Assembly (NCBI GenBank): GCA_049699855.1
Contig: JBNAWM010000002.1
Location: forward strand, 30,458-60,004
From: Candidatus Cryosericum sp.
GTDB taxonomy: Bacteria; Caldisericota; Caldisericia; Cryosericales; Cryosericaceae
Reading direction: 5' to 3'
Length of the DNA: 29,547 nt
Shown here: positions 7,714 through 16,519 of the stretch, piece after piece
Position numbering within the stretch: position 1 is the first letter of the stretch
How the letters are laid out: every line of letters starts with the position of its first letter
Notes under the pieces: generated by a model
Databases searched by the model: none
What the model was told of the DNA's origin: nothing
What the model saw: the letters and a program-made list of their open reading frames with translations, nothing else
Program-made: the position numbers and the translations under genes

Positions 7714-8370
7714 ATGTATATCATTATCGTTGGATGCGGGCGCCTGGGCTCTCAGCTTGCCACCATGCTGTCTGAAGAAGGGCACGACGTGGCAGTGGTT
7801 GACCGCAATCCTGACAATTTCAATCGCCTGCGCGATGAGTTCACCGGTGCCACGATTGCAGGCGTCGGATTCGATACTGCGGTGCTCCAGTCGGCTGGGA
7901 TCGAACGGGCGGATGGTTTTGCGGCAGTCAGTGACAGCGACAACGTAAACATCATGGCTGCGCAGGTCGCCAAGACGATTTTCAAGGTCCCTATGGTGAT
8001 CGCTCGAGTCTTCGACCCTGTCAAGGGAGACACCTATCGCGCTCTTGGGCTCGAAACGGTCTGTCCCACGACATCCGCGGCCAACATCATTTACGGCAGG
8101 TTTCTCATGCGAAATGAGTCGTCTCATTTCATTCTTCCCGGCGGGGGAATTGAGCTGGTGGAAGTCGTTTTTGGGACAGGTGTTCCTGCGAGAACGGTTG
8201 CTGACCTGGAAATGCTGGATGATTTCAAAGTCATCTCACTCACCCGTCAGGGAGAAACGATGTTTCCGAAGGCGATTGATGTTCTGGAGGCCGGCGACCG
8301 ATTGCTGGTCGCGCTCCATGTTTCTGACCTTGCCAAGGTCAGCGCGATCTTTGATCAGGACAAGAGGTGA
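7714..8370 (+). CDS. trkA: TrkA/KtrA-family RCK gating subunit, copy 1 (218 aa)
   Basis: Rossmann motif IIVGCGRLG, AGIERAD, DNVN, IARV, and a C-terminal RCK_C region (LEAGDRL). Confidence 0.93.
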   Translation: MYIIIVGCGRLGSQLATMLSEEGHDVAVVDRNPDNFNRLRDEFTGATIAGVGFDTAVLQSAGIERADGFAAVSDSDNVNIMAAQVAKTIFKVPMVIARVFDPVKGDTYRALGLETVCPTTSAANIIYGRFLMRNESSHFILPGGGIELVEVVFGTGVPARTVADLEMLDDFKVISLTRQGETMFPKAIDVLEAGDRLLVALHVSDLAKVSAIFDQDKR

Positions 8371-8373
8371 TGC

Positions 8374-9033
8374 ATGTACATTGTCATTGCTGGCGGCGGG
8401 AAAGTCGGTTCCTATCTGGCTCACCTGCTTGTTGACAAAGGATACGACGTTGCCGTCATCGAGCAGGATGCTGCTGCTTGCAAGGTCCTGTCGGACTGGG
8501 GGAAGGCACTGGTCATCAATGGAGACTGCTGCGACCTGAGTACGCTTATCGATGCTGGCATTGAGAAGACTGATCGCTTTGCGGCGGTCACCGGCGATGA
8601 TGCGAACAACCTGGTCGCGTGCCAGCTGGCCAAGGTCAGATTCAATGTGCCCCTGACGACGGCACGGATCAACGACCCTCGAAACGAGGACGTCTTTCAC
8701 AAGTCCGGCGTCGACTTTGCGTTGAACTCCACGAACATCCTTGCGACGGTCATCGAGGAGGGGATCATCGTCAATGACCTGATTCCTCTCGTGTCGCTCG
8801 CCAAGGGGAAAGCAATGCTTGTTGAGTTGATGGTTGCCGATGGGTCTGCGGCTGTGGGCAAGACACTGCGTGAATTGACCTGGCCTCGTGGCTCGGTTGT
8901 TGCATCGATCGTTCACAAGGGTGAGGTGATTTTCCCCAGGGGAGCGACCATGCTGAATGCTGGAGACGTTGTCGTGGGCCTGGTGGCTCCCGAAGCCGAA
9001 GCTCAGTTCAGGCGCGTATTTGGTCAGGAGTAG
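8374..9033 (+). CDS. trkA: TrkA/KtrA-family RCK gating subunit, copy 2 (219 aa)
   Basis: VIAGGGKVG, GDCCD, VTGDDANNLVAC, ARINDPRN, and RCK_C SAAVGKTLREL...IFPRGATMLNAGD. Starts 3 nt after copy 1. Confidence 0.94.
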   Translation: MYIVIAGGGKVGSYLAHLLVDKGYDVAVIEQDAAACKVLSDWGKALVINGDCCDLSTLIDAGIEKTDRFAAVTGDDANNLVACQLAKVRFNVPLTTARINDPRNEDVFHKSGVDFALNSTNILATVIEEGIIVNDLIPLVSLAKGKAMLVELMVADGSAAVGKTLRELTWPRGSVVASIVHKGEVIFPRGATMLNAGDVVVGLVAPEAEAQFRRVFGQE

Positions 9034-9037
9034 CGTC

Positions 9038-9175
9038 ATGACTCTCAGCAGCCGTATTAGCCGCAGAATGGCTCGTCGCAATGAGTTTCTGGGAATGCTC
9101 ACCGAGATTGCCTTTACGTGCGGCCTCATCGGATTGGGTTTCCTTGTTTCCTGGCTGTTTTTTCTGGGACGCTGA
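9038..9175 (+). CDS. Small single-pass membrane protein (45 aa) inside the trk operon
   Basis: MTLSSRISRRMARRNEFLGMLTEIAFTCGLIGLGFLVSWLFFLGR. AGGAG 7 nt before the ATG; fills the trkA-trkH gap exactly (4-nt and 3-nt spacers); basic N-terminus followed by a hydrophobic helix. Confidence 0.75.
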   Translation: MTLSSRISRRMARRNEFLGMLTEIAFTCGLIGLGFLVSWLFFLGR

Positions 9176-9178
9176 CCG

Positions 9179-10702
9179 GTGATTCGCAGAATCTGGCGAG
9201 AGGACTTTCGTATTGTAGGCTACTACACTGGCCGAGTGACCATCGGTGTCGGCTTGCTCATGATCGTACCGATGGTGACCAGTCTGGCGTTTCGCGAATG
9301 GGCCTCCGCTCTCGACTTTGCCATTTCCATTGTGCTCACGCTTCTTGTGGGATATGTGCTCGCGCTGATCTCCCGCACAAGGAACACTCCTGGCCTCACT
9401 CACGCCATGGTGATCGCTGCGGGATCGTGGCTGATTGCCATGGTGCTCTCGGGCGTTCCCTATGTGCTGAGCGGGCATATGGATTCATTCCTCGACGCGT
9501 GTTTCGACACTATGAGCGGTTTCACCACGACGGGCCTGTTCCTCATACAGGACATCGACCACATCTCACAGGGTCTGAACATGTGGCGGCACCTGCTCAC
9601 GTATGTCGGCGGGCAGGGGATCGTCGTGCTTGCCTTGACCTTTCTCATCGGCTCAAGCGGAGGGGCATTCAAGATTATGGTCGGAGAGGGCAAGGAGGAG
9701 AAGCTGGAACCCAACGTACGGCATATCGCGGTGCTCATATGGCGCATCTCGCTCATTTATCTGGGCATCGGTACCGTTGCACTCGGCCTGATTGCGATGG
9801 CGGGTGGCATCAAACCATATCTTGCGTTCTTTCATGGTGCCTACATTTTCATGTCTGCCTGGAGTACCGGAGGTTTTGCACCATACAGCCAAAATATGTT
9901 GTACTACCACAGCGGTGCCATGGAAATCGTCAGCATGATCTTCTTTGTTCTCGGGTCGTACAATTTTGCCCTGCACTATGCCGTCTGGCGTGGAAATCGC
10001 AGAGAGATCCTGCGGAACATCGAGATTGTCTCTTTCACCATCACCGTCCTGACGACGTTCTCGATCGTCTGCCTCGCACTCATTCAGCGTGGCGTGTACC
10101 CGAACGCAATTTCATTGTTTCGGCGCGGATTCTTCCAGCTGATCTCGGGCCATACGACGACCGGCCAGTCCAATATCTACGCGCGGACGTTTGTGCGTGA
10201 GTGGGGCCCTCTGGGCATGCTGGCGACGACTATTGCCATGGCCATCGGCGCAAGCGCCGCTTCGACCGGCGGTGGCTTCAAGGGGCTGCGCATGGGCATT
10301 ATTGTCAAAGGTATCGCGATGGACATCAGGAAGCTGCTTTCGCCAGAGCGTGCGGTTGTCAGTGGGCATTACCATCACTTGCATGACAACTCACTTGCCG
10401 ACGGAGTGGTCAAGTCTGCGGCTGTCATCGTTGTCCTGTACGTGCTGATCTATGCCGTGGGTGCTGTCGTTGGCATGGCCTATGGATATCCCATGGCAGA
10501 TGCGTTTTTCGAATCCGTGTCGGCTGGCAGCAACACCGGACTTTCGTGCGGAATTACGCAGGCCAGCATGCCCACATTGCTCAAGATCGTTTATATGTTC
10601 GAGATGTGGATGGGACGTCTGGAGTTTCTGTCTGTGTTCACACTGTTCGGGTTCATCGCCACAAGTTTCCGGAGCATGAGACTCAGGAAGGCGGCTGTAT
10701 GA
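9179..10702 (+). CDS. trkH: TrkH-family K+ uptake membrane subunit (507 aa)
   Basis: Four pore-loop motifs SGFTTTG, SAWSTGGF, SGHTTTG and SAGSNTG, plus STGGGFK and C-terminal GRLE. Confidence 0.96.
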   Translation: MIRRIWREDFRIVGYYTGRVTIGVGLLMIVPMVTSLAFREWASALDFAISIVLTLLVGYVLALISRTRNTPGLTHAMVIAAGSWLIAMVLSGVPYVLSGHMDSFLDACFDTMSGFTTTGLFLIQDIDHISQGLNMWRHLLTYVGGQGIVVLALTFLIGSSGGAFKIMVGEGKEEKLEPNVRHIAVLIWRISLIYLGIGTVALGLIAMAGGIKPYLAFFHGAYIFMSAWSTGGFAPYSQNMLYYHSGAMEIVSMIFFVLGSYNFALHYAVWRGNRREILRNIEIVSFTITVLTTFSIVCLALIQRGVYPNAISLFRRGFFQLISGHTTTGQSNIYARTFVREWGPLGMLATTIAMAIGASAASTGGGFKGLRMGIIVKGIAMDIRKLLSPERAVVSGHYHHLHDNSLADGVVKSAAVIVVLYVLIYAVGAVVGMAYGYPMADAFFESVSAGSNTGLSCGITQASMPTLLKIVYMFEMWMGRLEFLSVFTLFGFIATSFRSMRLRKAAV

Positions 10703-11217
10703 AGAGGTTGTTGGCTGCCCTGATCGTTATCAGTTTGGCAATGCTGATTGTTCGTCCCGCATCTGCACGTGCTGGACAGCCGCCCCTGCTGTCGACGACG
10801 GACCTTGTCGAAAACTCCTCCAAGTGGGATGGGAAGATGGTATCGTTCAAGGGAGAGGTCCTGCAGGACCTTATGGTTCGCAAGGATGGGACATGGATGA
10901 ACTTGTCGGATGGCGATAACACGGCCATGGGGGTCTTTGTGCCGAAGGGTGTGGCTATGCCGGTCATTTCACACACTGAGACCTACCGTACTGTCGGAGA
11001 CATCGTGCTTATCACGGGGGTCTTTCATCGCGCGTGCGTCCAGCACGAGGGTGAGACCGATATCCATGCAGTGAGCGTGACGGTTGTGCAGATCGGTTCA
11101 ACGAAGGCGAATCCGATCCAGCCCGGCAGGGTTATCGCGCTGGTGATTTTGAGCGTCCTTCTGGGTCTGGTGATGTGGCTGTATTACCGCAAGCCCCTGG
11201 GTGGGGCAAGTCACTGA
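10699..11217 (+). CDS. Exported, C-terminally anchored protein with an OB-fold-like domain (172 aa)
   Basis: ATGA overlap with the trkH stop. Signal peptide MKRLLAALIVISLAMLIVRPASARA, OB-like strands DGKMVSFKGEV and GDIVLITGVF, C-terminal TM followed by YYRK. The fold call is by eye. Confidence 0.75.
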   Translation: MKRLLAALIVISLAMLIVRPASARAGQPPLLSTTDLVENSSKWDGKMVSFKGEVLQDLMVRKDGTWMNLSDGDNTAMGVFVPKGVAMPVISHTETYRTVGDIVLITGVFHRACVQHEGETDIHAVSVTVVQIGSTKANPIQPGRVIALVILSVLLGLVMWLYYRKPLGGASH

Positions 11218-11240
11218 GGGGTGTCCTTGGTTTAGGCTGG

Positions 11241-12836
11241 TCAGGCTTCGAATGCAATACTCCCCGCCACAACAGTCGCAAGAACCTTTGTGGAACGTAT
11301 TGTTTCTGGAACGGCAGCTTGAAGGATGTCGCTTGACAGCACGACAAGATCTGCGTCCTGTCCCTCGACAATGTTCCCTCTCTGACTCTCCAACCCAAGC
11401 GCTCCCTGTGGAGCGGTGGTATATGCCGACAAGGCCTCGGGCAAACTGATGCACTCGTCGGCTTGGTACGGTTGCTCTCCTCGTCTGGTACGAAATGCGG
11501 CAAAAGCAATGCCTTTGAGAGCGTCAGGATCCTCCACGGGAGCGTCAGATCCAAAGACGAGGTCAGCTCCTGATCGCAGCAACGAATTGAAAGCATACGA
11601 GCCCGGATGAGGCTGAATGAACGTTGCTCTCAGTTTGCCGATGTCGAGATCCAGATGCGCCGGCTGAACCGACGCAGTGATACCAAGATCCGCAAACCGT
11701 GGAATGTCTTGTGGCCGCAGGAACTGCGCGTGCTCTATGCGGTGATGGGCGTGCCCTTTGGAAGTGGCGGCGCCAGCCTGCTCGAATGCGTCCAGCACGT
11801 CCCTGTTCGCCTGATCGCCGATGGCGTGGATCCATACCCAGAGGCCGTTTTCATTGGCTTTCCGAAATTGGTCTGACAGCCGTTCCACTGACTCATAGGT
11901 GTGATAGCCATGATTGCCGGGTTCGCCTGGCCAGGCCTGCTGCATGTAGGCAGTGCGCGAGCCGAGTGAACCATCTGCGAAGATCTTGATACCACCGACG
12001 CGCAAAAAATCGGAACCGAATCCCGACCGGAGTCCGACGGCGATGGCGGCATCGAGGTTGCTTGCACCCACCGCCTGCCAGATGCGTATGCGGGGTTCCC
12101 CCTCCATGGCAGAGATCAACGCTTGAAGCTCCGGAAAGATATCGTAGTCCATATTGCAGCAGGAGGCAAAACCGAGAGAGAGCAGTTTCTGGATTGCTCC
12201 GTGGAGGGCCGTAAGCCGTTCTGCAAGATCCGGAGCTGGAATGCGAGACAGGACCCAATTCTGCGCGGCGTCGCGAACGATACCGACAGGGCCGTCACTG
12301 TCCCGGGGTACCAGGTCCGGACCGAATGATTCGGCGGTCCAGAGGCCCGTGGCCTTGAGGGCGGCAGTGTTGAGCCAGAGCGAGTGATAGTCCTTGCGAT
12401 TGAGGACGACTGGAGAATTAACGTACAGGTCGTCGAGTTGGTGTCGAGTCGGGCTGGCAGACCAGAGTTCATCATCCCAGCAGTCGCCCTTGATCCAGGA
12501 ACCATCATCGGGCCGTCCGGCAGTGCGGATCTGCTCCAGCGCTGCATCCAGCGATCTGGCCCCGTTCAGATTGATGCTCAGCAGTGAACTCCCATACAGA
12601 TTCAGATGAAGATGTGAATCGGTGAATGCTGGGTAACAGGTGGCTCCCGGCTGTCCGGCAAAGTCCATGACCCGCGCATTGGTACGCGAGGCCATCGCAG
12701 CGATGTCGGAGGAGCTTCCAATGCGTGCAATGACCCCATTGCTCACGTACAGGGCGTCGCCAGACTGTATCCATCTGCCTTGACGCGACGACATGACGCT
12801 GACATGCAGCAAAGCGATTTCTTCAGATTGTGTCAC
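11241..12836 (-). CDS. Metal-dependent amidohydrolase, YtcJ/NfdA-like (Amidohydro_3; ~531 aa)
   Basis: PAFTDSHLH, KIFADGSLGSRTA, IHAIGD, HRIEHAQ, GSDAPV. AGGAGGA precedes the GTG at 12836. Confidence 0.93.
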   Translation of the reverse strand: MTQSEEIALLHVSVMSSRQGRWIQSGDALYVSNGVIARIGSSSDIAAMASRTNARVMDFAGQPGATCYPAFTDSHLHLNLYGSSLLSINLNGARSLDAALEQIRTAGRPDDGSWIKGDCWDDELWSASPTRHQLDDLYVNSPVVLNRKDYHSLWLNTAALKATGLWTAESFGPDLVPRDSDGPVGIVRDAAQNWVLSRIPAPDLAERLTALHGAIQKLLSLGFASCCNMDYDIFPELQALISAMEGEPRIRIWQAVGASNLDAAIAVGLRSGFGSDFLRVGGIKIFADGSLGSRTAYMQQAWPGEPGNHGYHTYESVERLSDQFRKANENGLWVWIHAIGDQANRDVLDAFEQAGAATSKGHAHHRIEHAQFLRPQDIPRFADLGITASVQPAHLDLDIGKLRATFIQPHPGSYAFNSLLRSGADLVFGSDAPVEDPDALKGIAFAAFRTRRGEQPYQADECISLPEALSAYTTAPQGALGLESQRGNIVEGQDADLVVLSSDILQAAVPETIRSTKVLATVVAGSIAFEA

Positions 12837-12922
12837 TGCATCCTCCTCTGTGGGAAGCAAAAAAAACGAAGCTTCCGAGTCTGTCCGCTGACTATCATCA
12901 TTGTGGCTGTGTCAACTTGCTC

Positions 12923-13576
12923 TCAATCCCCGGGACCGGGCAATGCAAGGATTTCAGGCAGGGCATCGACGAGGTAGGTTGGCTGAAGCACTGCCAAGCC
13001 TTCTCTCCCGGCATAGCCGAACGTACAGCCGCACGAAGCCACACTGGCGTTGCGTGCGACAAGGATGTCATTGCGCGAATCGCCGATCATGAGTGTCTTT
13101 TCAGTTGTTGTCCCGACGTCTCGCACCAGCGAGAGGAGATTTGATGGATTTGGCTTGCGGAGCTCAGCATCGGTTGGACCGACGACGTGTTCGAAATATC
13201 CGAGAACACCTAGACGTCGCAAGATCTCCCTGGAGAGATCTTCAGGCTTGTTTGTCAGCACCGACAGGTGCGCTCCTCCTTGCTGCAGTGCAGCGAGAGT
13301 CCGGTCACAGCCTTCATACAGATGGGAGAAGTCTGTGCAATGCTCCCCGTAAAAAGCGCGGAATTCGGCAACGAGTTGATCAATCAATTCCACATCATCG
13401 GTGTCGAAGGCTTTTGCCATCATGTCATCCAAGCCATCGCCTACCCACGAGATCACGGTGGTGAGTTGGGCTGTCGGCCGTCCGTGCAACTGAAAGACAT
13501 GATTGACGGCTTCTGCGATGTCAACACGCGTATCGACAAGCGTCCCATCGAGGTCAAACAGATAAAGATCAAACAT
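12923..13576 (-). CDS. HAD-IA hydrolase, phosphoglycolate-phosphatase-like (217 aa)
   Basis: Motif I FDLDGTL, motif II LTNK, motif III RKPNP, motif IV IGDSRND. GGGAGGAG before the ATG at 13576. Confidence 0.93.
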   Translation of the reverse strand: MFDLYLFDLDGTLVDTRVDIAEAVNHVFQLHGRPTAQLTTVISWVGDGLDDMMAKAFDTDDVELIDQLVAEFRAFYGEHCTDFSHLYEGCDRTLAALQQGGAHLSVLTNKPEDLSREILRRLGVLGYFEHVVGPTDAELRKPNPSNLLSLVRDVGTTTEKTLMIGDSRNDILVARNASVASCGCTFGYAGREGLAVLQPTYLVDALPEILALPGPGD

Positions 13577-13708
13577 GAAGCTCCTCCCGTTCTGCACCAT
13601 TGTGCTTGTTGTCATGTATACTGTACCGGAGATGGGACATGAGTCCACTCGTGGAACTGTGAACCTGCCGCGTTTTGTTGAGCGGCGTTGGCATGCCAGG
13701 AGGCTCGG

Positions 13709-14770
13709 TTGATTGATGTCGGGATTGTTACTACGATTGCAGAGTTTGCGCTGCTGGAACCGTTCTGGGATGGCATGGTCGAACAGAGCGCCACTGCAAC
13801 CTGTCATTCAACATTTGAATGGCTGTTCACATGGTGGAAGCACTTCGGTACCGGGGAACGGCAGCTGCTGCTTGTGGCTGCCTATGAAGATGACGCGCTG
13901 GTTGGAGTGGGTCCATTTTACGTTGGAGGTGGAGTGGTCGAGCCCAGAAGTCTTCATTTCCTTGGCCAAGGGTTATCCGACTATGCCGATGTCATTGCCC
14001 CATCGAACCGTGTGGACATCATGGAGGCTCTGTGGTCGGCAATTCTTGAATACAAGGGCGCATGGAATAGCCTGGACCTTGAGGAGATCTGCGATCAATC
14101 AATGAGCATCCCTGTTCTGGGCCGCAAACTTGCGTTGGCTCACGTTGCTGCAACCTGGCACCAGACGGTCAGGTGCCCGTATTTGCCGATCCGGACAGGT
14201 TGGCAAGAGTTCTACAGCACCATGGGCAAAGGTTTTCGGCACGAGGTACGGAACAAGCAGAACAGATGGATCAGACTGGCTCAAGAGAGAGGAGGCCTGG
14301 CCGAGCTCACGTACGTTGATCGCCGCGACGCTGACAGCGTACTTGTTGATGAGATCATCGCTTTGTCTGCGAAGCGCCAGTTGGCCGATGGGCATCGAAG
14401 CCCTTTTCTGGTTCATCCTGACGTTGAATTCTTGAGGGAAGTGCTGCCGCTCATGGGCCGCCGGAACCAGCTCCGGATCGGGGAGCTCCGGAGTGGTGCC
14501 ACGTTGCTTGCGTTTGTCCTGAGTTTCTTCTGGAAAGGTATTACGTACACGTGGAACACACAATATGACCCAGACCTGACGGAGTTTTCGCTGGGACGCA
14601 TCGTGCTGGTAAGAGTTGCAGAACAGGCGTTTTCCGAGGGGTGTACGGAGCTCAATTTCATGCGTGGCGAGGAGCCGTACAAATTCGAGTGGACCAGTGC
14701 GTTCAAAACTAATCTGGCGTTGAGATCGTGTGAACTGATTGGGCAGTCTGGCCCTGGAAGGAGTTCCTGA
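13709..14770 (+). CDS. GNAT-family protein, CelD/BcsL (Acetyltransf_6)-like (~353 aa)
   Basis: TFEWLFTWWKHFG, LSDYADVI, YDPDLTEFSLG, NFMRGEEPYKFEWT. AGGAGG 5 nt before the TTG at 13709. Confidence 0.85.
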   Translation: MIDVGIVTTIAEFALLEPFWDGMVEQSATATCHSTFEWLFTWWKHFGTGERQLLLVAAYEDDALVGVGPFYVGGGVVEPRSLHFLGQGLSDYADVIAPSNRVDIMEALWSAILEYKGAWNSLDLEEICDQSMSIPVLGRKLALAHVAATWHQTVRCPYLPIRTGWQEFYSTMGKGFRHEVRNKQNRWIRLAQERGGLAELTYVDRRDADSVLVDEIIALSAKRQLADGHRSPFLVHPDVEFLREVLPLMGRRNQLRIGELRSGATLLAFVLSFFWKGITYTWNTQYDPDLTEFSLGRIVLVRVAEQAFSEGCTELNFMRGEEPYKFEWTSAFKTNLALRSCELIGQSGPGRSS

Positions 14771-14772
14771 TT

Positions 14773-16413
14773 ATGCGACAGAAGGTCATCGTCACTGGGC
14801 ATAAGAACCCCGATACAGATTCTATCTGTTCTGCGCTTGGGTATGCGTTCTATAAGAACCGCACAGACCCATCTCGTGTCTACCTCGCGGTGCGGGGAGG
14901 AGAACTGAACGATGAGACGCGTTTTGTTCTGACGCGCTTTGGGTTTCGGACTCCACCTCTTCTGAGGTCTCTCATGCCTCAGGTCCAGGATATACCACGA
15001 AAACGGCTTGTCACGGTCAGTCCCGGGACGAGGGTAGGCAAGGCTGCAATTCTCATGAAAGAAAATCATATCCATTCTTTGCCAGTGGTGGACAACACGT
15101 CGGGGGTCAAGGGAGTTGTTGATGCTGTCGATATAGCGACTGCCTACGCCGATCAACTGGAGCATGCAGACACGCTGCCCTACGGGGTGGAAGTGGATAC
15201 TCTGGTGCGGCAGTTGGAAGCGAGGATTCTGGTGCAGAAGCGTGAGACTGCGCAGCTGAAGGGCCGGCTGCTGGTCGTCACGGGTTCGGTCGGACGCCTT
15301 TCCTCGGGAGTCGGCGACGTTGCCATAGTCATCTCTGATGGCATTCCGTCTCCAGGGATTCTGGAAGCGTGCTCGGCGGCTTCGACGCTTATCATTACAG
15401 GTGGACCGGTGGTAGCGAAGATCGCGACACTATGGCCACCGCGCCTGGATCTCGTTCTCGAGACAGATATGACAGTCACTCAGGCTCTGCGCATGCTCTG
15501 GTCCGCCATCCCGGTTTCTGCTTTCATGGAGGGAACTGTTCCCCTTCTGAGCATGACAGATACGCTGGAACGGGCAAAAAAGGCTGTCCTTGACTCGTCA
15601 TCCCGTTGCGCGGTCGTTCTCGACAGCCAACATCATCCCGTCAACATTGTCACTCGGTCCGACCTGATACGCTTTGCACGCAAGAAGGTCATTCTTGTGG
15701 ATCACAATGAGACGCTTCAGGCTGTCGACGGCGTCGAGGAAGCAGACATTCTTGAAATCATTGATCATCACCGCGTTGGAGACATTTCGACATTTCGCCC
15801 AATTTATTTCCACAACGAGCCGGTCGGCAGTACATGCACGATCGTTGCTGACCTGTGTACAGAGAATGGGGTGTTTCTGCCGAAGCCGGTGGCTGGCATC
15901 CTCCTTTCGGGCATTCTCTCCGATACCATGAACCTCAATCTCTCAACAACGACGCCAAAGGATGTTCGAGCAGTGAGGCGGCTGGCGGCAGTCATCGGCC
16001 TCGACGCCGAGGTGTATGGCCTTGAGCTTCTGCAGAACGGATCCGTGATGTTCAAAGGACTTCCTGCAAGTGAAGTTCTCATGCGAGACTTCAAGGAGTT
16101 CGATCTGTTCGACACGCGCATTGGCGTTTCCCAGGCGGTCGTGTTCTCGTTCGACCAGATTCGAGAGCGGGAAGCGGAGTTCAAGCAGACGATGCGTGAT
16201 GCGCGTGTTCGCATGGGGTTGGCCATGGTCGCATTTATGGCCACGGATCCGCTGAGCAAGAGATCATATCTGATCGTTTCGGGACCGCCCGACGCTTTCC
16301 AGGAGGCCTTTGGCGTGACGGTGGAAGATGGACATGCCATCCTCGATGGAGTGCTCTCTCGCAAGAAGGACTTCATTCCACCTGTGGCCGAGGTACTGTC
16401 TCGGTATGCGTAG
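14773..16413 (+). CDS. ppaC: Family II Mn-dependent inorganic pyrophosphatase with a CBS-DRTGG-CBS insert (546 aa)
   Basis: GHKNPDTDS, VDHNE, IDHH, ILSDT, DFKEF and SRKK catalytic motifs, with a ~235-aa insert containing two CBS repeats and LIITGG. Confidence 0.93.
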   Translation: MRQKVIVTGHKNPDTDSICSALGYAFYKNRTDPSRVYLAVRGGELNDETRFVLTRFGFRTPPLLRSLMPQVQDIPRKRLVTVSPGTRVGKAAILMKENHIHSLPVVDNTSGVKGVVDAVDIATAYADQLEHADTLPYGVEVDTLVRQLEARILVQKRETAQLKGRLLVVTGSVGRLSSGVGDVAIVISDGIPSPGILEACSAASTLIITGGPVVAKIATLWPPRLDLVLETDMTVTQALRMLWSAIPVSAFMEGTVPLLSMTDTLERAKKAVLDSSSRCAVVLDSQHHPVNIVTRSDLIRFARKKVILVDHNETLQAVDGVEEADILEIIDHHRVGDISTFRPIYFHNEPVGSTCTIVADLCTENGVFLPKPVAGILLSGILSDTMNLNLSTTTPKDVRAVRRLAAVIGLDAEVYGLELLQNGSVMFKGLPASEVLMRDFKEFDLFDTRIGVSQAVVFSFDQIREREAEFKQTMRDARVRMGLAMVAFMATDPLSKRSYLIVSGPPDAFQEAFGVTVEDGHAILDGVLSRKKDFIPPVAEVLSRYA

Positions 16414-16519
16414 ACAGCAGTGAATGGTCTGCAGGGCAGCGGGGGCGTTGCTGAGGATCCCGTTCCCCTGGAGCATCAGCAAAAAAGTGGCATGAGCAGG
16501 CATGAATGGGAGGAACGAG

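Noticed and set aside
8236..10200. Long alternative ORFs 8236-9129 (-) and 9118-10200 (+)
   Set aside because: Almost entirely overlap the trk operon genes; Arg/His/Ser-rich composition typical of off-frame reads in GC-rich coding DNA.
13577..13807. 77-aa N-terminal extension of the HAD ORF overlapping the GNAT start
   Set aside because: A strong RBS and HAD motif I place the start at 13576; the extension is an artefact of longest-ORF calling.
16448..16486. TTGCTGA...TCAGCAA hairpin followed by an A-run between ppaC and the FGGY kinase
   Set aside because: No U-tract follows the stem on either strand, so it is not called a terminator; at most an mRNA stabiliser.
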